A stretch of 64,000 nucleotides of DNA, from contig CP158636.1 of the NCBI GenBank assembly GCA_050273025.1, forward strand, positions 868,001-932,000, given 5' to 3'. The position numbers were made by a program, and so were the translations under genes. Of the stretch, positions 1-13,336 are shown one piece after another. The notes beneath the pieces were generated by a model. It worked only from the letters and a program-made list of their open reading frames with translations. It made no database searches and was not told the DNA's origin. Position 1 is the first letter of the stretch; the number at the start of each line of letters is the position of its first letter. The DNA comes from Cenococcum geophilum. Lineage: Eukaryota.

Positions 1-2925
1 TTTTTATAGTACGGGGCCTAGTTTCTAGGGGCGATCTTAATTTTATAGTCCCATAGTTGGTAAGGGGGCAGCTTATCTACGTTTTTAGGGAAGAAGTGCT
101 TAATATATTTACTAAACTCCTTTAGTAGGCGTTATAGAATATCTTCGCGGGTTAATCCTAGTTTACCTTTTAAGAATTCTTTAATATTAGTATTAACTAT
201 CTTCTAATATAAAAGCTTAGGTTTAGTTTTTAGATTTATCTTAAGGAAGTCGTAAAAATAGGGGGGGAGTACTTTACGGGCTTCCTTTATTATATAGTCG
301 CCTTCCACTAGCTAGTAGAAAGACCTTTCTAATAGGTTCGGTACTTCTATTAGGCCTATAGGCAGCTCTTTAAGCAGCTATTAGTACTTATCTTATTTAA
401 CTAGTTCTACTAGCTCCGCCATATAGATCCTTATTACCTTTACATCTTTTTATTTATAGAACTAGGTAAAATTAATAGTATAAGTGCATTTAATATCGTC
501 TAGGTTAGGGCGTATCTGGTTCTCTAGTGCTATAGCTAGGCTAGCATAGCTTAATCGGCCCAGGGGGGCGGAAATAAGGTAGTAGCCCTATACGGTACGC
601 GCGGGAGATAGGTATAAGGTTGGGCGTTATAGTAGCGCGGTTTCTATTATCTAGGTCTTAGTAGTTCTATAACTAGTCCTTACTATAATATAAGCTATAG
701 TGTGCGTATATAGTATATAGCTTAGTTCTAGGTATTAGGCTAGGCGGCTAGGGTTTAAATAGTGCCTAGGTTAGGGTTAGATTCTTAATAGTACCTTCTT
801 CCTTAGTCTCGGTAGGGCTGGCTAGCCCGTCGTTTTAGTCTTAAGTACTAGGGTAGTCTAGTCTTCTACTATCTCGTTTCTTTGCAGCTATATAGGCTCC
901 CCTTTATTAGGAACGTCTTCTACTATTAGGGCTTTATATATAGTCCTAGGCATTAGGCTTAGTAGTGCTAAGTATTTATATAGGGCATCCCTACTAACGT
1001 TGGTTATCCCCCACGGGAGGTAGTGCCTAGAGTAGTAGTCTAAGTTAAAGCAGATCTTAAGTTTCCTAAAGCTAGGATAGGGCTTATGCTTCTAAAGCCA
1101 GGGTATACCTAGAATAATTAGGGTAGTAGGCGAGAGTTTAGTAATAAAAAAGAGTATGGCTTTAGTATGGAGGCCGATTAATATTTAGGCGGTAAAGTAG
1201 TCTATAATAAGTGAAGTTAGGATGCTGTCTATAAGGCGCAGTAGCCTAGGTACCAGCAGCTTCTTAGTTATAATATTATACTTTCTTATAATAGACTCTA
1301 TATCGGCAAATGCCATTATAGTACTACTGAAGTCCACTAGGCTTATTATATTAATATAAACTTAGGGGTATAAGGTACGTAATAAGGAGAGTTAGGTTTA
1401 AATAAGGATTAATTTTTTGTTACTATTTACTAATCTAAGATTAAGTAGCAGTTTACTAATAAAAAGGACTAATTAATCTAGTAATAGGGACTTAATCTTC
1501 TTGTCTTCCTCCTTATATGGTTTAGACCCTTAGACGCAACTTAGTCTAAGGGTTTACCTTTTAACGACTAGGGTATAGAGCTGTCTTAGTGGGGCGGTCT
1601 AGTGTCCGTCTAGCTAGCGGTATTAGTTTTAGTTTCGGTTAGGGTATAGGAAGACAATACCTCGCTAATAACGTGGCTATGTTTATATTCGCTAGCGTGA
1701 AGTCGCCAATACTAGGCGTTGTTAACGGGTTGGGCTCCTATATAAGGCATAGTTTAGAGTAACTAAGCCGTAGGGTTAAAGGGGGGGGGTTGTCCGCCGC
1801 GGCCATAATAGGCTCTGTGGTTGCCGCGTCTATAATAGACTTTACGGTTACTATATCCGCGGTTATTAGTTTACGTTATTTAATAGGGTAGTATTAGGAC
1901 TGGGTTTACTATCTTAGCGGGGTTATAGGCATTCTTTTAGTAGCCGGGTAGGCTATAGGCAAGGTACAGTCTATTATTAACGTGGCGCTTATACTCCGTG
2001 TCTAAGATTCTATTAAGGTCTATAGGTTCTTTAGTTACTACTAGGGTTGGGGTTAATATAGGGGTAGGGGCTTAGGTAGGTAGGTGGTGGTTAGCGTTCT
2101 TCTTAAGGTTAGTTTGGTATGTATAGTTTGTGAAGTTCTTAGTAAATATATCTATCTACTTACTCCAACCTGTATAGTTACTATTGTTAATTTTATAGGC
2201 AAGTCTAAGTACTAGCTCTTCTATCTTTAGAGAAATAAACTTTTAGAGTAGGTCTACCTTTTATTTATTTATCTTTTTGGCGCGGACTATTAATTTATTA
2301 AGCTCTCCCTTCTAGGACTAGTAATTACGATTGCCCTAGGGGAAATAGTTAAGCTTATTTTTTGCAACCTAGGTTATATTAAGGACCTTATAGTAAGTAG
2401 TAAGGTCTTTAAGTATATCTTCCTTAGAAGGCCATTTCCACGTAGATATATTGTTTAGGTTCTTATATATAAGCTCTAAACCCTACTTAATAAACTTATA
2501 GGCCTTATCCTTTAGTATATCCGAGATATAAAGGATCTAGGACTAAACTATATTAAAGTAGTCCTAGTCCTGGTTAAAGACTTCCTTAATCTTAATATGC
2601 TAGGTCTTAAAATTAGCTTATCGTTTTAGCGGGGTGCCTTTTCCGCTAAATATTGGCGGGTCTTTAGATCTCCGTTTTTTCTACTAGGTTACTACCATTG
2701 TTATAGGGGTTAATTATTTTAGAACGGTAATAGTCTCTACTTAGGAATTAATAGTTCCTATTATCTGCTTTAAAAAGGAGCTCTTGCTGCACCTGGCCTA
2801 AAAAGACTAAAACCAACTAAAAGAACCCTAAAAAACACCCAGAGAATCCCCCTGAGATGCATGCATCGCAGGGGAGGCACACGTTAAACGACGGTGGCTC
2901 GCACTCGCGCGCGACCGCTAGAACT

Positions 2926-4590
2926 ATGCCTAGTAATAGCCCTCCACAATAAAGACGGGCGAATACTATACCATAAAGCGGAAATACCTCTATTAAGAAG
3001 GCATCTAATAAAATATAAAGCCTATTAGACGCGTTTAGTATTTAAAATTACGGGGGAGTAACCGTTAGCTATAATAAACTAATATAGCTAGTAGAATAGC
3101 TCCGCTAGTCTAGTAAACCTTAGGCGCCCCTTTAGTAAACCCTTAATTAAATCCTTTAACGGCTAAGTAAAATTAAAAATAAGTATAACCCCCCCTTACT
3201 GGCGAACCGCACCTAGGCCGCTATAGCTACGCTTTTATAGCATAGGGAACCTATCCCCCTTAAGTTAATAACCGGGTATATAATTATAATATAACCAAAT
3301 ATAGAATAAGCAGAGGGGCTTAGGGGATAATTAGAAATAGAAGTCCTTATAAAGATACATAAAGAGGTTTATAATGCTATTATAGTCTAATACCTTAAGA
3401 GTGGAGATATTAGAGTTACCTTAAAGGACTAATAGGCAAAGGAACAAGCCGTAAGGGTAGGGGATAGGCTAGGAGAACGTATTAGCATAAAAGTACTCTA
3501 TAAGGATTACCTAGTTAAAGTCCTAGCGGTTTTTATAAGCCTTAAGGTAGAAAAGGGACGCTAGGTAAACAATACAGTAATTATATAGGAGATAGTAAGA
3601 CAAACGGAACACCTTATACTAGGATTTAAAATCACCCGAATCTAATAGCTTTAATAGGAAAATACAAACTAAGTATATAACGAGAATAATAAAAGGATAT
3701 AAAGGTCGCTAGAGACTCGCTAGGGAGACGCTAAATAAACGTATAGCTCCCTTATTATTAGTATATATATACCAGAAATATAAAAACTCCTTATCTAAAA
3801 AGGAATAATTATAAATGGCCTTATATATAATATAAGGCTCTATAACCACAGACTATACCTAAAATAATACTATCGCTATATATAATAGGGACACACCTAA
3901 TCTATATGCGCAGTATAGGTGTGCTATGGCCACTATATAGGCCCCTATAATATAAGATATTACTTAAATTAAGACTAAATAAAATGCGCGAACTGCTACC
4001 AAAGCACATATAAGGCGTAGGAGAGAGAAGACTGTATTAAATACAGGAGATGGAAGGTAAGGGCTTAATAGCTACGGGAATAACTGCACGCTAGGTTATA
4101 TAAATAGAAATAATAGGCGATAAGCTAGGGGGACGCAGGCACCTTCCTAGCGTTTCCTACCTTTAATACTAGAGGGCTAGGCCAGCTATCCTAAGCCTTA
4201 ACGGGCTAGAAGTAACGCTGCGTAATATTACTAGACTAATTAGGGATATAAGGGTCACAGGGGATATAAGGGAGAGGACGCCCCGTAGGAAGACCCCTAT
4301 AGACAGCAATAGTAGGCTTAAAACTAGGACAATTAAGAATTAGACTTAATGCGGCAAATATAATATTTATAGCTAACCTATAAAGGGTATATAGCCGACT
4401 AGTAAAAATAGGGGAAGAACCGGTAATAATAATAGATTTAGATATAGAAGCGCTAATAAGAACATAAAACACGGGAATAGAAAGCTCTATATAAAATAAG
4501 TAGTAACTAAGGTATAGATATAAAAGATAGAAGCTCCAAATATCCTAGAGAAAGTAGAAATAGAAGAAGTAAGGAACAAAGGAGAGTTAA
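2926..4590 (+). pseudogene. LINE ORF1 (gag-like, Cys/His knuckles)
   Basis: De-RIP reading at ~3865-4015: CYRC.QWGHTQS.C...RCGHC.GPH...C...KCANC...H. There are many TAA/TAG stops. Ends are approximate. Confidence 0.8.
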
Positions 4591-4599
4591 AAAACTCTC

Positions 4600-7500
4600 G
4601 CTAGGGGTCCGCCACCTATCCATTATATAGTATAACTGCGGTAATATAAACCACCGCCTTATAAGGCCCCTACTAAACAGTCTAGACCTAGAGAAATACT
4701 ATATTCTTACTATACAAGAACCGTATTATAATACCTTTATATAATTAACATACTGCCCCTAAGGATTCCAGCTCCTATATAAACCAAAAGCAGCTATATA
4801 CGTGTACTTTATAATTAGTAAGGCTATCAGCCTATCCTTATAGTTATAGCAGGTAGTTAACCCAGATATTATAGTTATAATAATCTAAATATATAGGGGA
4901 CCGGTGCAAATTATTAATGTATATAACTCTAGGGTTAAAGGGGTCCCATAAATAGAGAATATTATATTGGTAATAAGCTTACTAAAAACTAAAGATATAG
5001 AGTTTATCTTACTAGGAGATATAAACCTCTACTACCTACGGTAGGAGGGTATCTATATTGCTGCAGATTAACAGTTAGAGTACCTACTAAAAGCTATAAA
5101 TATCTGGGGCCTTAAGCTAGCTACCCCCCTAGGAGTAATTATATAGTAATAAGGCACCGCCAAAAGTATAATTAACCTTATATTTATAGACGAAGGCCTA
5201 TACTAGAGACTTAAAAGGTGCAACCCCAAAGAAGAATAGGCACTTACTCTAGACTATATCCCTATCTAAATATAGCTAGACCTAAATACCAAAGCGCAAC
5301 TAAATAGAAAAAGATACGTAATAAGGAAGCTTAAAACAGACAGTTTCCTTAATGTAGTTAAATAATAACTCTAAGACCTAAAAGAAATCCACCTAATACT
5401 AAACAAGCGAGGCTTATTAGCTACCCCTAAGGAAATCAACCGAAGACTAGAAAGGATCTAGGCAGCAATTAAAAATAGGCTAGAAGAGCACTGCCTAATC
5501 TTAAAACCGGGCCCCTACGCGCGACATGTATAGTTTATACAATATATAGTTCTAGTTGCCAGCTAATAATAAGCAAGAAGGAAATATATAAGTAGCTATA
5601 ACCCTAAAAATAAGAGATAATACAAAGACATAAGAAACTAGCTAAAGAATACCCTAAAAAAAGAAGCAAGGAATAACTAGAGACGGTTTATAAATAAGCA
5701 TACTTTTAACCCAAGCCTCCCCTATAATAAGGGCCTTTAGGCTATAGCAAAATGGGTAAAGAAAAAGGCAGGGTGCCTAGCAGAAGACCTATACCTACCA
5801 CCCCTATAAAGAGCAGGAGAATCACAGGCTATAAACGACAACGATAAGAAGGTAAAGATCCTTATAGAAAGGTTCTTCCCCTAACTAGCTTTAACAGACC
5901 TCAGTAATATTACAGGGGAAATACTAGTAACTCGCCTACGGGTCAATAGCGATATAATAATAGAGGAAATAGCTAGAACTATTAGCCGCCTTTTAAACAA
6001 TATAGTATTAGAACTAGATAGGATTTAAAACAAGGCCCTAAAAACCTATAGGCTATTTATAGTACCTTAGCTTGCAGATATAGCTAGAGTATACTTTACT
6101 ATAGGCTACTACCCGCGACTTAAAAGATCTATAACGACGGTTATCCTATAAAAAGAAGGTAAAGCAGATTACTTAATCCTAGGAAGCTACCGCCCTATTA
6201 CCTTAAAAAACACCCTTAGCAAGATCTTAGAAAGGGTAATAGCGGAATATATAGTAAACATAGCAGAGGAATACGCCCTACTACTATAAAGCTAAATAGG
6301 GGCAAGAAAGAACCGCTTAATACTATTAGCACTTACGCTACTCGCTACCACTATTAAATCTACATGGGCGATGCGAAAGGACTTTATAGTATTAATGCTT
6401 AGCCTAGACATTAATAGTACCTATAATAATATACCCCACGAGCGTCTCCTATATATCCTTAGGGTAAAGGGCTTCCTAGAATAGATTATATAATTTATTT
6501 AAGGGTTTATAGGCTAGAAAGAAACATTACTAGTCTTTAGCGGATACTAGAGCCCCCCTATTATAGTTGCAACAGGAATACTATAAGGATTACCCCTCTT
6601 ACCTATACTCTTCCTTTTCTTTATAAGCAACCTGCTTAACTTCTTTAAGAAAGGGGCGACCTAGGGGATAGGCTTTATTAATAACACAAACCTAATTATA
6701 TATAGGCCAACAGCCGCAAAGAATTATAGAACACTAAAGAAAGCTTATAACACTTATATAGAATAGGCAAAACGTTATAAAGTCCAATTCTTACTAGAGA
6801 AATACCAGCTAATCTATTTTATAAGAAAACGTAACTAATCTACAGATCTCTAGCATATAATTCGCATCTAAGGCTTTAGGGGTTAACCAGTTTAGGGCCT
6901 AAGGGTATTAGGAGTATAGGTAAACAGCAAGCTCTAGTAAAGCGTATATGCGGCATAAGCGGCCTATAAAGGCCAAGTATAGTTTATCGCTTTATCCAGG
7001 ATTGTTAATTCTATATAGGGTCCATGCTTCTAGAGGTTACGTCTACTATATATAGTAGTTATTTAGCTAACCATGACATATAGATCTAGTATTTGGGCCA
7101 TTGGAGAAACTAAAAAGGGCCCCCCTAAATTACTTCTTAAACTACTTTAAAAGGTCCAAACAGCCTGCCTTTAAAGTATTATAGGTGGGTATAAGCGAAC
7201 GGCCACAGCACTGCTTAAGAAGGAATCCAATATTCCCCCCCTATAGTTATATATTAAAGCCGCTGTAATATAAAGGATATAAAATAAACGTAACTCTAAT
7301 GTTATAAAGTATATTAAGACACGCCTAAGTAAACTATGGAGGGACCTTAGGGTGCCCTATAGGAGAATAAACCAATAACCCTAAAGTAGGGAAGAGATAT
7401 TAGAGAAACAGGTAAAAAAAGCAAAAGAAGAATAGTGCCGCTTTAGGGCCTAGGCCTATATAGAGGAGAAAGGGAGACATATAAGAGGTTAGCAAAGATA

Positions 7501-8180
7501 ATAGCAAGATAGAGAAAGGAGCTAAAATAGAATATATAAGAACGCCGGGAAACTATCTACCGTAATGCAATACTGGTTAGACTAATACTGGAGAGGTAAA
7601 TGGGAGTCGAAGGTATAGAGGCTAACTTAGGTAAGATAAACCCAAGCTATAGCATAGTTAATACTATAGGGGGTAAATACCTAAGGGCTCTAAGAAGGCC
7701 TAATAAAGGTAAAAAATATAATAGCAATACTCTTAAGAATAGGAATAATAGGACTAAAAGATTAGCTTTACTAGGTGGGTGTCCTAGTAGGTAGCCTAAG
7801 ATGCGAATGTAGCTGGCTAAGACAGACACTAAAACACGTAATACTGCTATGCCCCCTACGTACTAATTAAGAAATAATGCTCTTAGCAGCTAGTATAGAG
7901 AACTATAATACACTGCTCTTAATATAAAAAGGCCTTAAGGCGGTTACCTAGTGGCTTATTAGTTAAAATATGCTAAATTAGTTCCGGGTTGCAAGGGAAA
8001 TGGTAATAAAAGGCAAGGGGGCGAGCAGTAGGTGCCCCCTAGTAACTCTACAGTAGTAGAGTAATAGTTTATAATACTAGCGCGTCCGTAGGCTTATTAC
8101 AGCAGCAGTGGTTCCTAAAAAGGTTAAATAGTAAGGTAGTAAAGCACCATAGGCGACTTATAGGCGCTAAGTAGGTAAGT
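4600..8180 (+). pseudogene. LINE ORF2 (AP endonuclease + reverse transcriptase)
   Basis: De-RIP motifs: IIQYNC (~4622), DILAIQEP (~4700), LGD.NLHH (~5012), GSYRPIALENTLGKI (~6182), QGSPLSPILF (~6585), GFVDDT (~6671). Confidence 0.9.
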
Positions 8181-8527
8181 CCTAAAAGGCGGGGAGATGG
8201 ATCACGGGGTTTTCTTATTTTTCTTAAATAGAGTTTTCTCCCTATATGTAAATAAGGAGTAGTTCGCGTAGGCCCAATAGGGATCCGAATCGGACGTTAA
8301 GCAATGAATTATTATTATTAATAGTTCCTATTTAGAAAGCGATAAGGGCACTAAAGTTTTTGTTAGCTTTCTTATTAGTGGTGTTTATATTATATATATA
8401 CTATAGTCCTACTTCAATGTTATTAAGGAACTCGTTAGTATAGTTAATAAAGGTAAAGTAAGCTTTACTAGGCTTAAAGGTCTTAGGGTATAGTAGGGAG
8501 CGGCGGATTATCTATGCGATATTAGGG

Positions 8528-9600
8528 TCTATTTACTTGCTCGCAGAGGTAGAGATATATTCTAAATAATGTATTGATTAGGGGTGTAGGCCCGAGGAAA
8601 GGGTAATTATCTCAGCCTGCTGTATTGCATAGTAGGTTCCCTACTATCTTAAGCAGTGGTAGATGATTACACACTCATTGCCCCCCTCGGGCTTACCGCA
8701 AGCCTAAGAGGCTGCAAAATCTATCTATAGGGTAGAGGGTGGGAAAGCAAAAAGCCGAAAGGCTGATTGTGATAGATATTAATGTTGCTGTTCGGAGGGA
8801 AGGCGTGACTTCGCTTTAAATAGACATTTTTATCTATTTACTTGCTCGTAGAAGTAGAGATATATTCTAAATAATGTATTAATTGGGGGTATAGGCCCGA
8901 GGAGAGGGTAATTATCTTAGCCTGCTGTATTGCATAGTAGGTTCCCTACTATCTCAAGCAGTAGTAGATAATTATACACTCATTGCCCCAAATAACGCGT
9001 ACCGTTAGAAACTAGCGGTATAAGGCCTGCGCCCTATAACCAATATAAAAGTAGGAATATATCTTATCTTTTTTGCGACTGTAGGGTATTATTAAAAGAC
9101 CGTTTAGGTAACCTAGAACCTAGGTAATATTAAAGGCTATTAATAACGAACCTAGCGGTATAAGGCCTGCGCCTAATAACTAATATAGGAGTAGGAATAT
9201 ATATCGTCTCTTTACGCCTATAAAGTATCATTAAAAACCGTTCGGGTAGGTAATATCGAAGGCTATTAACAACGACGATGTAGTAAGCTAGAAAGCGTTA
9301 ATTTAAAACCTATTAAAAAACCCTGTGGGAAAAATTGTCAGAAAAGACTACTTATTAATAGCTATTGTGGAAAGACGCGACGCGAAACTTCGCGATCCTC
9401 TAAGGGGTAAGACGTTTTATTGCGACAACAACATAATGCCGTACGGCATAGCATTATTAAGGCTATAAGACGAATAAATAACAAAATCTCTATTAAATAA
9501 GCCTTATTTTAAAGCGAAAAGCCAAAAAGCTAATTGTGATAGATATTGATATTGCTGTTCGGAGGGAAGGCGTGACTTCGCTTTAAATAGACATTTTTAT
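8528..9600 (-). mobile_element. Non-autonomous element with Ngaro-type split direct repeats (A1-internal-B1-A2-B2)
   Basis: Repeat B is at 8528-8684 and 8833-8989 (157 bp). Repeat A is at 8744-8832 and 9511-9599 (89 bp). It sits in aggg-T-atatc of family A without a TSD; the empty site is seen at ~27661-27670. Confidence 0.85.
9010..9275. repeat. Tandem duplication, ~140-bp period, inside the mini-Ngaro
   Basis: ctagcggtataaggcctgcgcc...gtaggaatat...ggtaatat.aaggctattaa occurs at 9012 and 9152. Confidence 0.85.
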
Positions 9601-9844
9601 ATATCTTTATAAAGAGGTCTATAAAAACGTCGCGGGGGTTCTAGGTTTTGGCCATTTTAGCATCATTAATATCGCCTATTTAGGCGCTAGGTAAAAACTA
9701 AGGATCGTTCTAGGACTGTGCTAGGGACGTATTAGTTTTAGTAGAGGCGCATATAGGTCGCAATTGCTTTAGGGTAGAGGTTAATTAGCTAGGGTATAAG
9801 GAATTAGTAATCGCGATGGGGCGCAAATTAAAGATACTATAAAC

Positions 9845-10031
9845 TGTCACAGTGCTGTAATAAAGTAGACTAAATAACTACGTTATAGTATAAAGAGGGG
9901 AAGAAGGTAAAAAGGGGGTATTGTATATAAATAGTAGGGCCGGCCGCTAAGTCGCTAGTAGTGGGCCAGCTAATAGTAGGGAATAGTATAAGACAGTATG
10001 AAACAGTATATGTTAGGTTAATGCCGTAATA
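9845..10031 (-). repeat. Family A 5' LTR (187 bp)
   Basis: tgtcacagtg...gccgtaata matches 21158-21344 and 27910-28096. Confidence 0.93.
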
Positions 10032-12304
10032 GGTACGTATAGGACTTAGTAAATCCCTTCCTCTCTAAAGAAGAGATAATTATTTACCTATCTTCTATTT
10101 ATAAGGACCCCTTTAAAATATAAAACGCCTAACTTAATTATAAAAGCCTAAATATAAAAACAATAAAGACCTTTTTAGCCTTTTAGACCTGCTTTTTATA
10201 TCTAGCTAGTTAGGCTTAAATTCTCTAGGAAGATTTAATACTAGACCTATTTAATAAGCTTACTTTAAACCTGTGGCGAGCTATACTACTAGTTTTTACT
10301 ACTATATAGATGCTAAAGGAACTTATAGACTAGTGCTTAGCTATTAACTAAGGCTTTTGTTAAATTAAGGTATATACCAAATGGTATAAAGCTAGAAACC
10401 CTTTAAATTAAATTATAAGTAATATAAGAACGGCCTATAATGCCCTAGCATAATTAGTAACCCCTATAGTACTACCTATATAGCCCGCTGCTAATTTAGC
10501 AGCTAGCTATATAGCCAGTCCTACTGTAGGTTTAGTAAATGCTTGGCCTATATATAGCAACCTCTATATATAGGCCCTTAGTAATTAAGGAGCTTACTTT
10601 TCTTATAGTTAGAAGGGCTATTATATAAAGAATTACCTAATAAATATAAAAGCGGACAAGGTTTTATTAATCTAGGAGAATAATATAAAGTTAGAAAAAG
10701 AGGAACTTTAAAGAAAGACTCCTCTCTAGGGTTAAAAGGGATTAATATATTAGATATTAATCTGGGTTGGCTAGTAGGTAAAAAAAGCTATACTATCCCT
10801 TGTACTTTATTTTGTAATAAATACTAAGTTTTAACCTCTACTTTAGCTAACTCTGGAGTAAATGCCTTTACCTTAATAGATACCTAGTATACTATAAAGC
10901 TGGCTAACTTTCTAAATATACCTATTAAAGAACTGCCTAAACTAATTCCTATTTACGGGTATAATAGGCGGATAGGTCTACCTATTACAACTATTTACGG
11001 ATTTACCTCCGTATTAATAGATAAAGGTAATATAATACCCCCTTCTTTATTACGGACCTAGGTAGCTATAATATAATTTTAAAGCGAAAATAGATAGCCT
11101 ATTTAGGCTTATAGCTTAATATATAGAGTAGATAGCTTATCTAGCCCAAAACCCTACCTCTGACCACTTCCTTTATAAAAGAAATTAGCATTATAATGGA
11201 AAACCTTATACGGCCCCAGATTAATACTATTTACTAAGCTAATGCTATATATAGAGACTAGGCCTTTAAGAAAGATATATAGCTTAATTTGCAACGGATC
11301 CGTATACTATATTACCCCTAGACTACCTATATTACGCCACCCGCATTAAAGACCTAGGAAGTTAGTGGTAACCTAAAAAAGCCCCCTATAGAGAGCTTAG
11401 GCCCTATATAGCTATAAAAAATAATAAGGGATATTAGACGTTATACTAAACTAATAGATTAGAGGGATAACCTACGGAAGATAGAATAGGAGCTAAGAAA
11501 GATTATAAACCCTAGACCGTAAAATACGGTTTAAAAAATGGCTATAAGGAAACTAGCGGACCTCCTACTAGTTAATATCTGCTGTATTAGTGCCGTAGGA
11601 TTCTACTAGAACTTAGTTTAGCCTAATACTATTGCCTTTATAACGAGCTTATACGATATTAATTAAATAATTAAGGAAAAGGAAAGTAAGCTTAGCGGAT
11701 AAAAAAGTAAGCTTATAGATAAGGAACTAGTAGAATAAAAGCTGCCCTATTTATACTAGAAATTTAAGGACGTATTCTCTAAAGTAGTATTTAATATACT
11801 TCCACCTTACCGACTGTATAACTATAAGATTAAGATTAAGTAGGGTAAGGAAAATACCCTTAGCTTTAGCCCCCTCTATAAACAGTCTATTACTAAATTA
11901 TAGGCTATAAAATAGTATTTTATTAATAACCTAAATAAGGGTTTTATTAAGCCTAGCTAAGCCCCTTTCGCCTTACCTATTCTTTTTATTAAAAGCTAAA
12001 TAATATAACCCGCAAGGACCGCTATCTGTTACCCCTACTTAATAAGGCTTTAGCCTAAATAAGTAGAGCTAAGGTTTTTATAAAGCTTAATATCCGCTAG
12101 GCCTTCTACTAAATTAGAATAAACCCTAGGTCTAAAGATCTTATTACGTTTTAGACCCGTTACGGAACGTATAAATATAAGGTACTTCTTTTTAGACTAA
12201 CTAACGGACTAGCTACGTACCAGCGGTATATAAATAATGTACTCTTTAACTACCTTAACGACTTCTATATAGCCTATTTAGATAATATTATAATCTACTC
12301 TAAG

Positions 12305-12461
12305 TGTAAAGGCTCAGTCAAAAGAACAGAATCTATTAGTAGCCAGTGAACGAGAATTCCAAGACGAGGTCTTGGAGAAGGTCGAGGAAAGGACATGTCT
12401 ATATACATGGCGCCAAGGCTCGGCCGAGCCCCTGACTAGGGTCTGTATTAGTGCCGTAACA
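12305..12461. mobile_element. Solo LTR, 157 bp, little RIP damage
   Basis: It has TGT...ACA ends and a perfect CTAAG TSD (12300-12304, 12462-12466). It splits the RT of B just after YLDD..IYS. Confidence 0.9.
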
Positions 12462-12944
12462 CTAAGAATAAGCTAGAATATAAGGAGCACGTCTATAAAG
12501 TCCTATAATAGCTCTACGAGGCTAGCCTCTAGGTCAATATTAAGAAGTTAGAATTTAGTATTAAGCGTATAAAGTACCTAGGTTTTATTATTAGTATAAA
12601 CGGGATTAAAACTAACCTAGAGAAAACGGCTATAATTAACTAGTGGGTACCCCTACGGACTATAAAAGGGGTATAATTATTTTTAGGTTTTTATAACTTT
12701 TACTAACGCTTTATTAAGAACTATAATAGGATTACCTAGCCTCTTAACCGTTTTACTAGAAAAGACTAGCTCTTTTACTTTAACGCTATATATAGGTAGG
12801 CTTTTAATAAGCTTAAGAAACGGCTAGTATCGGCTCCCCTACTTACCTATTTTAACCTAAAACGGCCCTTAATACTAGAAACTAATACCTTAAATAGTAT
12901 AATAGCTAGTGTTTTTTTCTAGAAGTAACTAGATAGAGAGTAGT

Positions 12945-13336
12945 TGTTACGGAGTAAGTATAAGCGGCGATAATATATAGCAAGGTAGGTATTATTAAGC
13001 TATATATATAAACTGTATAAGAAGTTAAGACGTTATATAAGGAAAGAAGGTAGGAAAATAGGAAGAAAGGGCATATATCGTTGACTTAGTTGCTTAGTTA
13101 ATATATATATAGGGTAGAATAGGGTTTAGGTTATGGTCCTAGCAGAACTTAGTAAAATTTGGTAGAACTTGGCAGAATATAGTAAAATGCCGTAGATTGC
13201 CGTTAGATTGCTATTAGATTGCTATTAGATTGCTATTAGATTGCTATTAGATTGCTATTTTACGGTTAGTCTCTAATTACTAAGTTGGTAAAAATAGGTA
13301 GATATATACAAGGTGTTATAGGGGTGTTCCGTAATA
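12945..13336 (-). repeat. Family C 3' LTR with an 11-bp tandem array
   Basis: Matches 18508-18839 and carries about 6 copies of agattgctatt at ~13194-13260. Confidence 0.9.

Larger units (their letters stand above)
2763..8316 (+). mobile_element. Full-length non-LTR retrotransposon (Tad1-like LINE), RIP-inactivated
   Basis: TSD attaatagttcctatt at 2747-2762 and 8317-8332, against the uninterrupted site near 27453-27470. There is an (ATT)n 3' tail at ~8308-8320, and ORF1 and ORF2 motifs are present. Confidence 0.93.
1..10031 (-). mobile_element. Ty3/Gypsy LTR retrotransposon family A, copy 1 (5' LTR, gag, protease; 3' part outside window), interrupted by a LINE and a mini-Ngaro
   Basis: Segments 1-2762, 8333-8527 and 9601-10031 align colinearly with ~24700-28096 (copy 2), mostly with C>T/G>A differences. 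The protease-like motif LVDSGST is readable on the minus strand near 1310-1345. Confidence 0.93.

Noticed and set aside
4236..4472. 78-aa minus-strand ORF
   Set aside because: It is antisense to LINE ORF1 and has no recognisable motif.
7600..7829. Two short overlapping ORFs (7600-7794 +, 7647-7829 -)
   Set aside because: They are chance open frames within the degraded 3' part of LINE ORF2.
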